Assembly (NCBI RefSeq): GCF_009914755.1
Contig: NC_060925.1
DNA from: the human T2T-CHM13v2.0 reference genome, Homo sapiens
DNA length: 64,000 nt
Strand: one strand, 5' to 3'
Part shown: piece after piece, positions 15,451 to 30,900 of the stretch
How positions within the stretch are numbered: position 1 is the first letter of the stretch
Layout of the letters: every line of letters starts with the position of its first letter
Notes under the pieces: generated by a model
The model's input: only the letters and a program-made list of their open reading frames with translations
Database searches by the model: none
What the model was told of the DNA's origin: nothing
Translations under genes and position numbers: made by a program

Positions 15451-18140
15451 AAACCCGTTTCCAACGAAGGCCTCTAAGTGGTCAAAATATCCACGTGCAG
15501 ACTTTACAAACAGAGTGTTTCCAAACCGCTGAATGAAAAGAAAAGTTAAACTCTGAGAGTTGAACGCACACATCATGCAGCAGTTTCTGAGAATGATTCT
15601 GTCTAGTTTTTATACGAAGATATTTCCTTTTCTGCCCTTGGCCCCAAAGCGCTTGAAATCTCCACTTGCAAATTCCACAAAAACAGTGTTTCAAATCTGC
15701 TCTCTCTAAATGAAAGTTCAACTCTGTCAGTTGAATACACACAACACAAGGAAGTTACTGAGAATTCTTCTGTCTAGCATAATATGAAGAAATCCCGTTT
15801 CCAACGAAGGCCTCAAAGGGGTCTGAATATCCACTTGCAGACTTTATAAACAGAGTGTTTACTAACTGCTCTATGAAAAGAAAGGTTAAACTCTGTGAGT
15901 TGAACACACACATCACAAAGGAGTTTCTGAGAATCATTCTGCCTAGTTTTTCTACGAAGATATTTCCTTTTCTACTATTGACCTCAAAGCGGCTGAAATC
16001 TCCACTTGCAAATTCCACAAAAAGAGTGTTTCAAGTCTGCTCTGTGTAAAGGATCGTTCAACTCTGTGAGTTGAATACACACAACACAAGGAAGTTACTG
16101 AGAATTCTTCTGTCTAGCAGAATATGAAGAAATCCCCTTTCCAACGAAGGCCTCAAAGAGGTCTGAATATCCACTTGCAGACTTTACAAACAGAGTGTTT
16201 CCTAACTGCTCTATGAAAAGAAAGGTTAAACTCTGTGAGTTGAACGCACACATCACAAAGGAGTTTCTGAGAATCATTCTGTCTAGTTTCTATAGGAAGA
16301 TATTTCCTATTCTACCATTGACCTCAAAGCGGCTGAAATCTCCACTTGCAAATTCCACAAAAAGAGTGTTTCAAGTCTGCTCTGTGTAAAGGATCGTTCA
16401 ACTCTGTGAGTTGAATACATACAACACAAGGAAGTTACTGAGAATTCTTCTGTCTAGCAGAATATGAAGAAATCCGGTTTCCAACGAAGGCCTCAAGGAG
16501 GTCTGAATATCCACTTGCAGACTTTACAAACAGAGTGTTTCCTAACTGCTCTATGAACAGAAAGGTTAAACTCTGTGAGTTGAACGCACACACCACAAAA
16601 GAGTTTCTGAGAATCATTCTGTCTAGTCTTTATACGAAGATATTTACTTTTCTACCATTGACCTCAAAGCGGCTGAAATCTCCACTTGCAAATTCCACAA
16701 AAAGAGTGTTTCAAGTCTGCTCTCTGTAAAGGATCATTCAACTCTGTGAGTTGAATAAACACAACACAAGGAAGTTACTGAGAATTCTTCTGTCTAGCAG
16801 AATATGCAGAAATCCCGTTTCCAACGAAGGCCTCAAGGAGGTCTGAATATCCACTTGCAGACTTTACAAACAGAGTGTTTCCTAACTGCTCTATGAAAAG
16901 AAAGGTTAAACTCTGTGAGTTGAACGCACACATCACAAAGGAGTTTATGAGAATCATTCTGTCTAGTTTCTATAAGAAGATATTTCCTATTCTACCATTG
17001 ACCTCAAAGCGGCTGAAATCTCCACTTGCAAATTCGACAAAAAGAGTGTTTCAAGCCTGCTCTCTGTAAAGGATCCTTCAACTCTGTGAGTTGAATACAC
17101 ACAACACAAGGAAGTTACTGAGAATTATTCTGTCTAGCATAATATGAAGAAATCCCGTTTCCAACGAAGGCCTCAAAGAGGTCTGAATATCCACTTGCAG
17201 ACTTTACAAACAGAGTGTTTCCTAACTGCTCTATGAGAAGAAAAGTTAAACTCTGTGAGTTGAACGCACACATCACAAAAGATTTTCTGAGAATCATTCT
17301 GTCTAGTCTTTATATGAAGATAGTTTCCTTTTCTACCATTGACCTCAAAGCGGCTGAAATCTCCACTTGCAAATTCCACAAAAAGAGTGTTTCAAGTCTG
17401 CTCTGTGTAAAGGATCGTTCAACTCTGTGAGTTGAATACACACAACACAAGGAAGTTACTGAGAATTCTTCTGTCTAGCAGAATAGGAAGAAATCCCGTT
17501 TCCAACGAAGGCCACAAGATGTCAGAATATCCACTTACAGACTTTACAAACAGAGTGTTTCCTAACTGCTCTATGAACAGAAAGGTTAAACTCTGTGAGT
17601 TGAACGAACACATCACAACGCAGTTTGTGGGAATGATTCTGTCTAGTTTTGAAACGAAGATATTTCCTTTTCTGCCGTTGACCTTAAAGCGCTTGAAATC
17701 TACACTTGCAAATTGCACAAATAGAGTGTTTCAAATCTGCTCTGTCTAAGGGAACGTTCAACTCTGTGAGTTGAATGCACACAACACAAGGAAGTTACTG
17801 GGAATTCTTCTGTCTAGCCTTACATGAAAAAAAACCCGTTTCCAACGAAGGCCTCTAAGTGGTCAAAATATCCACGTGCAGACTTTACAAACAGAGTGTT
17901 TCCAAACCGCTGAATGAAAAGAAAAGTTAAACTCTGAGAGTTGAACGCACACATCATGCAGCAGTTTCTGAGAATGATTCTGTCTAGTTTTTATACGAAG
18001 ATATTTCCTTTTCTGCCCTTGGCCCCAAAGCGCTTGAAATCTCCACTTGCAAATTCCACAAAAACAGTGTTTCAAATCTGCTCTCTCTAAATGAAAGTTC
18101 AACTCTGTCAGTTGAATACACACAACACAAGGAAGTTACT
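13490..18140. repeat. Tandem duplication, 2381-bp unit (14-mer), overlapping the 3400-bp duplication
   Basis: tcccctttcc 13752/16133, tccggtttcc 14092/16473, atgcagaa 14423/16804 and catcatgcag 15571/17952 all recur at +2381. Confidence 0.88.
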
Positions 18141-21100
18141 AAGAATTCTTCTGTCTAGCATAATATGAAGAAATCCCGTTTCCAACGAAGGCCTCAAAGG
18201 GGTCTGAATATCCACTTGCAGACTTTATAAACAGAGTGTTTACTAACTGCTCTATGAAAAGAAAGGTTAAACTCTGTGAGTTGAACACACACATCACAAA
18301 GGAGTTTCTGAGAATCATTCTGCCTAGTTTTTCTACAAAGATATTTCCTTTTCTACTATTGACCTCAAAGCGGCTGAAATCTCCACTTGCAAATTCCACA
18401 AAAAGAGTGTTTCAAGTCTGCTCTGTGTAAAGGATCGTTCAACTCTGTGAGTTGAATACACACAACACAAGGAAGTTACTGAGAATTCTTCTGTCTAGCA
18501 GAATATGAAGAAATCCCGTTTCCAACGAAGGCCTCAAAGAGGTCTGAATATCCACTTGCAGACCTTACAAACAGAGTGTTTCCTAACTGCTCTATGAAAA
18601 GAAAGGTTAAACTCTGTGAGTTGAACGCACACATCACAAAGGAGTTTCGGAGAATCATTCTGTCTAGTTTCTATAGGAAGATATTTCCTATTCTACCATT
18701 GACCTCAAAGCGGCTGAAATCTCCACTTGCAAATTCCACAAAAAGAGTGTTTCAAGTCTGCTCTGTGTAAAGGATCGTTCAACTCTGTGAGTTGAATACA
18801 CACAACACAAGGAAGTTACTGAGAATTCTTCTGTCTAGCAGAATATGAAGAAATCCCGTTTCCAACGAAGGCCTCAAGGAGGTCTGAATATCCACTTGCA
18901 GACTTTACAAACAGAGTGTTTCCTAAGTGCTCTATGAACAGAAAGGTGAAACTCTGTGAGTTGAACGCACACATCACAAAGGAGTTTCTGAGAATCATTC
19001 TGTCTAGTCTTTATACGAAGATATTTCCTTTTCTACCATTGACCTCAAAGCGGCTGAAATCTCCACTTGCAAATTCCACAAAAAGAGTGTTTCAAGTCTG
19101 CTCTGTGTAAAGGATCGTACAACTCTGTGAGTTGAATACACACAACACAAGGAAGTTACTGAGAATTCTTCTGTCTAGCAGAATATGAAGAAATCCCGTT
19201 TCCAACGAAGGCCGCAAAGAGGTCTGAATATCCACTTGCAGACTTTACAAACAGAGTGTTTCCTAACTGCTCTATGAAAAGAAAGGTTAAACTCTGTGAG
19301 TTGAACGCACACATCACAAAGGAGTTTCTGAGAGTCATTCTGTCTAGTTTCTATAGGAAGATATTTCCTATTCTACCATTGACCTCAAAGCGGCTGAAAT
19401 CTCCACTTGCAAATTCCACAAAAAGAGTGTTTCAAGTCTGCTCTGTGTAAAGGATCGTTCAACTCTGTGAGTTGAATACATACAACACAAGGAAGTTACT
19501 GAGAATTCTTCTGTCTAGCAGAATATGAAGAAATCCGGTTTCCAACGAAGGCCTCAAGGAGGTCTGAATATCCACTTGCAGACTTTACAAACAGAGTGTT
19601 TCCTAACTGCTCTATGAACAGAAAGGTTAAACTCTGTGAGTTGAACGCACACACCACAAAAGAGTTTCTGAGAATCATTCTGTCTAGTCTTTATACGAAG
19701 ATATTTACTTTTCTACCATTGACCTCAAAGCGGCTGAAATCTCCACTTGCAAATTCCACAAAAAGAGTGTTTCAAGTCTGCTCTCTGTAAAGGATCATTC
19801 AACTCTGTGAGTTGAATAAACACAACACAAGGAAGTTACTGAGAATTATTCTGTCTAGCATAATATGAAGAAATCCCGTTTCCAACGAAGGCCTCAAAGA
19901 GGTCTGAATATCCACTTGCAGACTTTACAAACAGAGTGTTTCCTAACTGCTCTATGAGAAGAAAAGTTAAACTCTGTGAGTTGAACGCACACATCACAAA
20001 AGATTTTCTGAGAATCATTCTGTCTAGTCTTTATATGAAGATAGTTTCCTTTTCTACCATTGACCTCAAAGCGGCTGAAATCTCCACTTGCAAATTCCAC
20101 AAAAAGAGTTTTTCAAGTCTGCTCTGTGTAAAGGATCGTTCAACTCTGTGAGTTGAATACACACAACACAAGGAAGTTACTGAGAATTCTTCTGTCTAGC
20201 AGAATAGGAAGAAATCCCGTTTCCAACGAAGGCCACAAGATGTCAGAATATCCACTTACAGACTTTACAAACAGAGTGTTTCCTAACTGCTCTATGAACA
20301 GAAAGGTTAAACTCTGTGAGTTGAACGAACACATCACAACGCAGTTTGTGGGAATGATTCTGTCTAGTTTTGAAACGAAGATATTTCCTTTTCTGCCGTT
20401 GACCTTAAAGCGCTTGAAATCTACACTTGCAAATTGCACAAATAGAGTGTTTCAAATCTGCTCTGTCTAAGGGAACGTTCAACTCTGTGAGTTGAATGCA
20501 CACAACACAAGGAAGTTACTGGGAATTCTTCTGTCTAGCCTTACATGAAAAAAACCCGTTTCCAACGAAGGCCTCTAAGTGGTCAAAATTTCCACGTGCA
20601 GACTTTACAAACAGAGTGTTTCCAAACCGCTGAATGAAAAGAAAAGTTAAACTCTGAGAGTTGAACGCACACATCACGCAGCAGTTTCTGAGAATGATTC
20701 TGTCTAGTTTTTATACGAAGATATTTCCTTTTCTGCCTTTGGCCCCAAAGCGCTTGAAATCTCCACTTGCAAATTCCACAAAAACAGTGTTTCAAATCTG
20801 CTCTCTCTAAATGAAAGTTCAACTCTGTCAGTTGAATACACACAACACAAGGAAGTTACTGAGAATTCTTCTGTCTAGCATAATATGAAGAAATCCCGTT
20901 TCCAACGAAGGCCTCAAAGGGGTCTGAATATCCACTTGCAGACTTTATAAACAGAGTGTTTACTAACTGCTCTATGAAAAGAAAGGTTAAACTCTGTGAG
21001 TTGAACACACACATCACAAAGGAGTTTCTGAGAATCATTCTGTCTAGTTTTTCTACGAAGATATTTCCTTTTCTACTATTGACCTCAAAGCGGCTGAAAT

Positions 21101-22563
21101 CTCCACTTGCAAATTCCACAAAAAGAGTGTTTCAAGTCTGCTCTGTGTAAAGGATCGTTCAACTCTGTGAGTTGAATACACACAACACAAGGAAGTTACT
21201 GAGAATTCTTCTGTCTAGCAGAATATGAAGAAATCCCGTTTCCAACGAAGGCCTCAAAGAGGTCTGAATATCCACTTGCAGACTTTACAAACAGAGTGTT
21301 TCCTAACTACTCTATGAAAAGAAAGGTTAAACTCTGTGAGTTGAACGCACACATCACAAAGGAGTTTCTGAGAATCATTCTGTCTAGTTTCTATAGGAAG
21401 ATATTTCCTATTCTACCATTGACCTCAAAGCGGCTGAAATCTCCACTTGCAAATTCCACAAAAAGAGTGTTTCAAGTCTGCTCTGTGTAAAGGATCGTTC
21501 AACTCTGTGAGTTGAATACATACAACACAAGGAAGTTACTGAGAATTCTTCTGTCTAGCAGAATATGAAGAAATCCGGTTTCCAACGAAGGCCTCAAGGA
21601 GGTCTGAATATCCACTTGCAGACTTTACAAACAGAGTGTTTCCTAACTGCTCTATGAACAGAAAGGTTAAACTCTGTGAGTTGAACGCACACACCACAAA
21701 AGAGTTTCTGAGAATCATTCTGTCTAGTCTTTATACGAAGATATTTACTTTTCTACCATTGACCTCAAAGCGGCTGAAATCTCCACTTGCAAATTCCACA
21801 AAAAGAGTGTTTCAAGTCTGCTCTCTGTAAAGGATCATTCAACTCTGTGAGTTGAATAAACACAACACAAGGAAGTTACTGAGAATTCTTCTGTCTAGCA
21901 GAATATGCAGAAATCCCGTTTCCAACGAAGGCCTCAAGGAGGTCTGAATATCCACTTGCAGACTTTACAAACAGAGTGTTTCCTAACTGCTCTATGAAAA
22001 GAAAGGTTAAACTCTGTGAGTTGAACGCACACATCACAAAGGAGTTTATGAGAATCATTCTGTCTAGTTTCTATAAGAAGATATTTCCTATTCTACCATT
22101 GACCTCAAAGCGGCTGAAATCTCCACTTGCAAATTCGACAAAAAGAGTGTTTCAAGCCTGCTCTCTGTAAAGGATCCTTCAACTCTGTGAGTTGAATACA
22201 CACAACACAAGGAAGTTACTGAGAATTATTCTGTCTAGCATAATATGAAGAAATCCCGTTTCCAACGAAGGCCTCAAAGAGGTCTGAATATCCACTTGCA
22301 GACTTTACAAACAGAGTGTTTCCTAACTGCTCTATGAGAAGAAAAGTTAAACTCTGTGAGTTGAACGCACACATCACAAAAGATTTTCTGAGAATCATTC
22401 TGTCTAGTCTTTATATGAAGATAGTTTCCTTTTCTACCATTGACCTCAAAGCGGCTGAAATCTCCACTTGCAAATTCCACAAAAAGAGTGTTTCAAGTCT
22501 GCTCTGTGTAAAGGATCGTTCAACTCTGTGAGTTGAATACACACAACACAAGGAAGTTACTGA

Positions 22564-24944
22564 GAATTCTTCTGTCTAGCAGAATAGGAAGAAATCCCGT
22601 TTCCAACGAAGGCCACAAGATGTCAGAATATCCACTTACAGACTTTACAAACAGAGTGTTTCCTAACTGCTCTATGAACAGAAAGGTTAAACTCTGTGAG
22701 TTGAACGAACACATCACAACGCAGTTTGTGGGAATGATTCTGTCTAGTTTTGAAACGAAGATATTTCCTTTTCTGCCGTTGACCTTAAAGCGCTTGAAAT
22801 CTACACTTGCAAATTGCACAAATAGAGTGTTTCAAATCTGCTCTGTCTAAGGGAACGTTCAACTCTGTGAGTTGAATGCACACAACACAAGGAAGTTACT
22901 GGGAATTCTTCTGTCTAGCCTTACATGAAAAAAAACCCGTTTCCAACGAAGGCCTCTAAGTGGTCAAAATATCCACGTGCAGACTTTACAAACAGAGTGT
23001 TTCCAAACCGCTGAATGAAAAGAAAAGTTAAACTCTGAGAGTTGAACGCACACATCACGCAGCAGTTTCTGAGAATGATTCTGTCTAGTTTTTATACGAA
23101 GATATTTCCTTTTCTGCCTTTGGCCCCAAAGCGCTTGAAATCTCCACTTGCAAATTCCACAAAAACAGTGTTTCAAATCTGCTCTCTCTAAATGAAAGTT
23201 CAACTCTGTCAGTTGAATACACACAACACAAGGAAGTTACTGAGAATTCTTCTGTCTAGCATAATATGAAGAAATCCCGTTTCCAACGAAGGCCTCAAAG
23301 GGGTCTGAATATCCACTTGCAGACTTTATAAACAGAGTGTTTACTAACTGCTCTATGAAAAGAAAGGTTAAACTCTGTGAGTTGAACACACACATCACAA
23401 AGGAGTTTCTGAGAATCATTCTGTCTAGTTTTTCTACGAAGATATTTCCTTTTCTACTATTGACCTCAAAGCGGCTGAAATCTCCACTTGCAAATTCCAC
23501 AAAAAGAGTGTTTCAAGTCTGCTCTGTGTAAAGGATCGTTCAACTCTGTGAGTTGAATACACACAAAACAAGGAAGTTACTGAGAATTCTTCTGTCTAGC
23601 AGAATATGAAGAAATCCCGTTTCCAACGAAGGCCTCAAAGAGGTCTGAATATCCACTTGCAGACTTTACAAACAGAGTGTTTCCTAACTGCTCTATGAAA
23701 AGAAAGTTTAAACTCTGTGAGTTGAACGCACACATCACAAAGGAGTTTCTGAGAATCGTTCTGTCTAGTTTCTATAGGAAGATATTTCCTATTCTACCAT
23801 TGACCTCAAAGCGGCTGAAATCTCCAGTTGCAAATTCCACGAAAAGAATGTTTCAAGTCTGCTCTGTGTAAAGGATCCTTCAACTCTGTGAGTTGAATAC
23901 ACACAACACAAGGAAGTTACTGAGAGTTCTTCTGTCTAGCAGAATATGAAGAAATCCCGTTTCCAACGAAGGCCTCAAGGAGGTCTGAATATCCACTTGC
24001 AGACTTTACAAACAGAGTGTTTCCTAACTGCTCTATGAACAGAAAGGTTAAACTCTGTGAGTTGAACGCACACATCACAAAGGAGTTTCTGAGAATCATT
24101 CTGTCTAGTCTTTATACGAAGATATTTACTTTTCTACCATTGACCTCAAAGCGGCTGAAATCTCCACTTGCAAATTCCACAAAAAGAGTGTTTCAAGTCT
24201 GCTCTGTGTAAAGGATCATTCAACTCTGTGAGTTGAATAAACACAACACAAGGAAGTTACTGAGAATTCTTCTGTCTAGCAGAATATGAAGAAATCCCGT
24301 TTCCAACGAAGGCCTCAAGGAGGTCTGAATATCCACTTGCAGACTTTACAAACAGAGTGTTTCCTAACTGCTCTATGAAAAGAAAGGTTAAACTCTGTGA
24401 GTTGAACGCACACATCACAAAGGAGTTTATGAGAATCATTCTGTCTAGTTTCTATAAGAAGATATTTCCTATTCTACCATTGACCTCAAAGCGGCTGAAA
24501 TCTCCACTTGCAAATTCGACAAACAGAGTGTTTCAAGCCTGCTCTCTGTAAAGGATCCTTCAACTCTGTGAGTTGAATACACACAACACAAGGAAGTTAC
24601 TGAGAATTATTCTGTCTAGCAGAATATGAAGAAATCCCGTTTCCAACGAAGGCCTCAAAGAGGTCTGAATATCCACTTGCAGACTTTACAAACAGAGTGT
24701 TTCCTAACTGCTCTATGAGAAGAAAAGTTAAACTCTGTGAGTTGAACGCACACATCACAAAAGATTTTCTGAGAATCATTCTGTCTAGTCTTTATATGAA
24801 GATAGTTTCCTTTTCTACCACTGACCTCAAAGCGGCTGAAATCTCCACTTGCAAATTCCACAAAAAGAGTTTTTCAAGTCTGCTCTGTGTAAAGGATCGT
24901 TCAACTCTGTGAGTTGAATACACACAACACAAGGAAGTTACTGA
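22564..24944 (-). repeat. Reference 14-mer HOR variant (7 dimers, my labels A-B-C-D-E-F-G; 2381 bp)
   Basis: Diagnostic + strand words in order: A ggccacaagatgtcag/gtttgtggga; B cttacatgA7-8cccg/aaaccgctg; C aaggggtc/tttataaa/tactattg; D ttctatagga; E atttactttt/gaataaac; F gtttatgaga/attcgac/aagcctg; G gaattattc/atgagaag/gatagtttcc. The same order or subsets of it recur across the window. Confidence 0.85.
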
Positions 24945-27900
24945 GAATTCTTCTGTCTAGCAGAATAGGAAGAAATCCCGTTTCCAACGAAGGCCACAAG
25001 ATGTCAGAATATCCACTTACAGACTTTACAAACAGAGTGTTTCCTAACTGCTCTATGAACAGAAAGGTTAAACTCTGTGAGTTGAACGAACACATCACAA
25101 CGCAGTTTGTGGGAATGATTCTGTCTAGTTTTGAAACGAAGATATTTCCTTTTCTGCCGTTGACCTTAAAGCGCTTGAAATCTACACTTGCAAATTGCAC
25201 AAATAGAGTGTTTCAAATCTGCTCTGTCTAAGGGAACGTTCAACTCTGTGAGTTGAATGCACACAACACAAGGAAGTTACTGGGAATTCTTCTGTCTAGC
25301 CTTACATGAAAAAAAACCCGTTTCCAACGAAGGCCTCTAAGTGGTCAAAATATCCACGTGCAGACTTTACAAACAGAGTGTTTCCAAACCGCTGAATGAA
25401 AAGAAAAGTTAAACTCTGAGAGTTGAACGCACACATCACGCAGCAGTTTCTGAGAATGATTCTGTCTAGTTTTTAAACGAAGATATTTCCTTTTCTGCCC
25501 TTGGCCCCAAAGCGCTTGAAATCTCCACTTGCATATTCCACAAAAACAGTGTTTCAAATCTGCTCTCTCTAAATGAAAGTTCAACTCTGTCAGTTGAATA
25601 CACACAACACAAGGAAGTTACCGAGAATTCTTCTGTCTAGCAGAATATGAAGAAATCCCGTTTCCAACGAAGGCCTCAAAGGGGTCTGAATATCCACTTG
25701 CAGACTTTAAAAACAGAGTGTTTACTAACTGTTCTATGAAAAGAAAGGTTAAACTCTGTGAGTTGAACACACACATCACAAAGGAGTTTCTGAGAATCAT
25801 TCTGCCTAGTTTTTCTACGAAGATATTTCCTTTTCTACTATTGACCTCAAAGCGGCTGAAATCTCCACTTGCAAATTCCACAAAAAGAGTGTTTCAAGTC
25901 TGCTCTGTGTAAAGGATCGTTCAACTCTGTGAGTTGAATACACACAACACAAGGAAGTTACTGAGAATTCTTCTGTCTAGCAGAATATGAAGAAATCCCG
26001 TTTCCAACGAAGGCCTCAAAGAGGTCTGAATATCCACTTGCAGACTTTACAAACAGAGTGTTTCCTAACTACTCTATGAAAAGAAAGGTTAAACTCTGTG
26101 AGTTGAACGCACACATCACAAAGGAGTTTCTGAGAATCATTCTGTCTAGTTTCTATAGGAAGATATTTCCTATTCTACCATTGACCTCAAAGCGGCTGAA
26201 ATCTCCACTTGCAAATTCCACAAAAAGAGTGTTTCAAGTCTGCTCTGTGTAAAGGATCGTTCAACTCTGTGAGTTGAATACATACAACACAAGGAAGTTA
26301 CTGAGAATTCTTCTGTCTAGCAGAATATGAAGAAATCCGGTTTCCAACGAAGGCCTCAAGGAGGTCTGAATATCCACTTGCAGACTTTACAAACAGAGTG
26401 TTTCCTAACTGCTCTATGAACAGAAAGGTTAAACTCTGTGAGTTGAACGCACACACCACAAAAGAGTTTCTGAGAATCATTCTGTCTAGTCTTTATACGA
26501 AGATATTTACTTTTCTACCATTGACCTCAAAGCGGCTGAAATCTCCACTTGCAAATTCCACAAAAAGAGTGTTTCAAGTCTGCTCTCTGTAAAGGATCAT
26601 TCAACTCTGTGAGTTGAATAAACACAACACAAGGAAGTTACTGAGAATTATTCTGTCTAGCATAATATGAAGAAATCCCGTTTCCAACGAAGGCCTCAAA
26701 GAGGTCTGAATATCCACTTGCAGACTTTACAAACAGAGTGTTTCCTAACTGCTCTATGAGAAGAAAAGTTAAACTCTGTGAGTTGAACGCACACATCACA
26801 AAAGATTTTCTGAGAATCATTCTGTCTAGTCTTTATATGAAGATAGTTTCCTTTTCTACCATTGACCTCAAAGCGGCTGAAATCTCCACTTGCAAATTCC
26901 ACAAAAAGAGTGTTTCAAGTCTGCTCTGTGTAAAGGATCGTTCAACTCTGTGAGTTGAATACACACAACACAAGGAAGTTACTGAGAATTCTTCTGTCTA
27001 GCAGAATAGGAAGAAATCCCGTTTCCAACGAAGGCCACAAGATGTCAGAATATCCACTTACAGACTTTACAGAGTGTTTCCTAACTGCTCTATGAACAGA
27101 AAGGTTAAACTCTGTGAGTTGAACGAACACATCACAACGCAGTTTGTGGGAATGATTCTGTCTAGTTTTGAAACGAAGATATTTCCTTTTCTGCCGTTGA
27201 CCTTAAAGCGCTTGAAATCTACACTTGCAAATTGCACAAATAGAGTGTTTCAAATCTGCTCTGTCTAAGGGAACGTTCAACTCTGTGAGTTGAATGCACA
27301 CAACACAAGGAAGTTACTGGGAATTCTTCTGTCTAGCCTTACATGAAAAAAACCCGTTTCCAACGAAGGCCTCTAAGTGGTCAAAATTTCCACGTGCAGA
27401 CTTTACAAACAGAGTGTTTCCAAACCGCTGAATGAAAAGAAAAGTTAAACTCTGAGAGTTGAACGCACACATCACGCAGCAGTTTCTGAGAATGATTCTG
27501 TCTAGTTTTTATACGAAGATATTTCCTTTTCTGCCTTTGGCCCCAAAGCGCTTGAAATCTCCACTTGCAAATTCCACAAAAACAGTGTTTCAAATCTGCT
27601 CTCTCTAAATGAAAGTTCAACTCTGTCAGTTGAATACACACAACACAAGGAAGTTACTGAGAATTCTTCTGTCTAGCATAATATGAAGAAATCCCGTTTC
27701 CAACGAAGGCCTCAAAGGGGTCTGAATATCCACTTGCAGACTTTATAAACAGAGTGTTTACTAACTGCTCTATGAAAAGAAAGGTTAAACTCTGTGAGTT
27801 GAACACACACATCACAAAGGAGTTTCTGAGAATCATTCTGTCTAGTTTTTCTACGAAGATATTTCCTTTTCTACTATTGACCTCAAAGCGGCTGAAATCT

Positions 27901-27984
27901 CCACTTGCAAATTCCACAAAAAGAGTGTTTCAAGTCTGCTCTGTGTAAAGGATCGTTCAACTCTGTGAGTTGAATACACACAAA

Positions 27985-30900
27985 ACAAGGAAGTTACTGA
28001 GAATTCTTCTGTCTAGCAGAATATGAAGAAATCCCGTTTCCAACGAAGGCCTCAAAGAGGTCTGAATATCCACTTGCAGACTTTACAAACAGAGTGTTTC
28101 CTAACTGCTCTATGAAAAGAAAGTTTAAACTCTGTGAGTTGAACGCACACATCACAAAGGAGTTTCTGAGAATCGTTCTGTCTAGTTTCTATAGGAAGAT
28201 ATTTCCTATTCTACCATTGACCTCAAAGCGGCTGAAATCTCCAGTTGCAAATTCCACGAAAAGAATGTTTCAAGTCTGCTCTGTGTAAAGGATCGTTCAA
28301 CTCTGTGAGTTGAATACACACAACACAAGGAAGTTACTGAGAGTTCTTCTGTCTAGCAGAATATGAAGAAATCCCGTTTCCAACGAAGGCCTCAAGGAGG
28401 TCTGAATATCCACTTGCAGACTTTACAAACAGAGTGTTTCCTAACTGCTCTATGAACAGAAAGGTTAAACTCTGTGAGTTGAACGCACACATCACAAAGG
28501 AGTTTCTGAGAATCATTCTGTCTATTCTTTATACGAAGATATTTACTTTTCTACCATTGACCTCAAAGCGGCTGAAATCTCCACTTGCAAATTCCACAAA
28601 AAGAGTGTTTCAAGTCTGCTCTGTGTAAAGGATCATTCAACTCTGTGAGTTGAATAAACACAACACAAGGAAGTTACTGAGAATTCTTCTGTCTAGCAGA
28701 ATATGAAGAAATCCCGTTTCCAACGAAGGCCTCAAGGAGGTCTGAATATCCACTTGCAGACTTTACAAACAGAGTGTTTCCTAACTGCTCTATGAAAAGA
28801 AAGGTTAAACTCTGTGAGTTGAATGCACACATCACAAAGGAGTTTATGAGAATCATTCTGTCTAGTTTCTATAAGAAGATATTTCCTATTCTACCATTGA
28901 CCTCAAAGCGGCTGAAATCTCCACTTGCAAATTCGACAAACAGAGTGTTTCAAGCCTGCTCTCTGTAAAGGATCCTTCAACTCTGTGAGTTGAATACACA
29001 CAACACAAGGAAGTTACTGAGAATTATTCTGTCTAGCAGAATATGAAGAAATCCCGTTTCCAACGAAGGCCTCAAAGAGGTCTGAATATCCACTTGCAGA
29101 CTTTACAAACAGAGTGTTTCCTAACTGCTCTATGAGAAGAAAAGTTAAACTCTGTGAGTTGAACGCACACATCACAAAAGATTTTCTGAGAATCATTCTG
29201 TCTACTCTTTATATGAAGATAGTTTCCTTTTCTACCATTGACCTCAAAGCGGCTGAAATCTCCACTTGCAAATTCCACAAAAAGAGTGTTTCAAGTCTGC
29301 TCTGTGTAAAGGATCGTTCAACTCTGTGAGTTGAATACACACAACACAAGGAAGTTACTGAGAATTCTTCTGTCTAGCAGAATAGGAAGAAATCCCGTTT
29401 CCAACGAAGGCCACAAGATGTCAGAATATCCACTTACAGACTTTACAAACAGAGTGTTTCCTAACTGCTCTATGAACAGAAAGGTTAAACTCTGTGAGTT
29501 GAACGAACACATCACAACGCAGTTTGTGGGAATGATTCTGTCTAGTTTTGAAACGAAGATATTTCCTTTTCTGCCGTTGACCTTAAAGCGCTTGAAATCT
29601 ACACTTGCAAATTGCACAAATAGAGTGTTTCAAATCTGCTCTGTCTAAGGGAACGTTCAACTCTGTGAGTTGAATGCACACAACACAAGGAAGTTACTGG
29701 GAATTCTTCTGTCTAGCCTTACATGAAAAAAAACCCGTTTCCAACGAAGGCCTCTAAGTGGTCAAAATATCCACGTGCAGACTTTACAAACAGAGTGTTT
29801 CCAAACCGCTGAATGAAAAGAAAAGTTAAACTCTGAGAGTTGAACGCACACATCACGCAGCAGTTTCTGAGAATGATTCTGTCTAGTTTTTATACGAAGA
29901 TATTTCCTTTTCTGCCCTTGGCCCCAAAGCGCTTGAAATCTCCACTTGCATATTCCACAAAAACAGTGTTTCAAATCTGCTCTCTCTAAATGAAATTTCA
30001 ACTCTGTCAGTTGAATACACACAACACAAGGAAGTTACCGAGAATTCTTCTGTCTAGCAGAATATGAAGAAATCCCGTTTCCAACGAAGGCCTCAAAGGG
30101 GTCTGAATATCCACTTGCAGACTTTAAAAACAGAGTGTTTACTAACTGTTCTATGAAAAGAAAGGTTAAACTCTGTGAGTTGAACACACACATCACAAAG
30201 GAGTTTCTGAGAATCATTCTGCCTAGTTTTTCTACGAAGATATTTCCTTTTCTACTATTGACCTCAAAGCGGCTGAAATCTCCACTTGCAAATTCCACAA
30301 AAAGAGTGTTTCAAGTCTGCTCTGTGTAAAGGATCGTTCAACTCTGTGAGTAGAATACACACAACACAAGGAAGTTACTGAGAATTCTTCTGTCTAGCAG
30401 AATATGAAGAAATCCCGTTTCCAACGAAGGCCTCAAAGAGGTCTGAATATCCACTTGCAGACTTTACAAACAGAGTGTTTCCTAACTGCTCTATGAAAAG
30501 AAAGGTTAAACTCTGTGAGTTGAACGCACACATCACAAAGGAGTTTCTGAGAATCATTCTGTCTAGTTTCTATAGGAAGATATTTCCTATTCTACCATTG
30601 ACCTCAAAGCGGCTGAAATCTCCACTTGCAAATTCCACAAAAAGAGTGTTTCAAGTCTGCTCTGTGTAAAGGATCGTTCAACTCTGTGAGTTGAATACAT
30701 ACAACACAAGGAAGTTACTGAGAATTCTTCTGTCTAGCAGAATATGAAGAAATCCGGTTTCCAACGAAGGCCTCAAGGAGGTCTGAATATCCACTTGCAG
30801 ACTTTACAAACAGAGTGTTTCCTAACTGCTCTATGAACAGAAAGGTTAAACTCTGTGAGTTGAACGCACACACCACAAAAGAGTTTCTGAGAATCATTCT

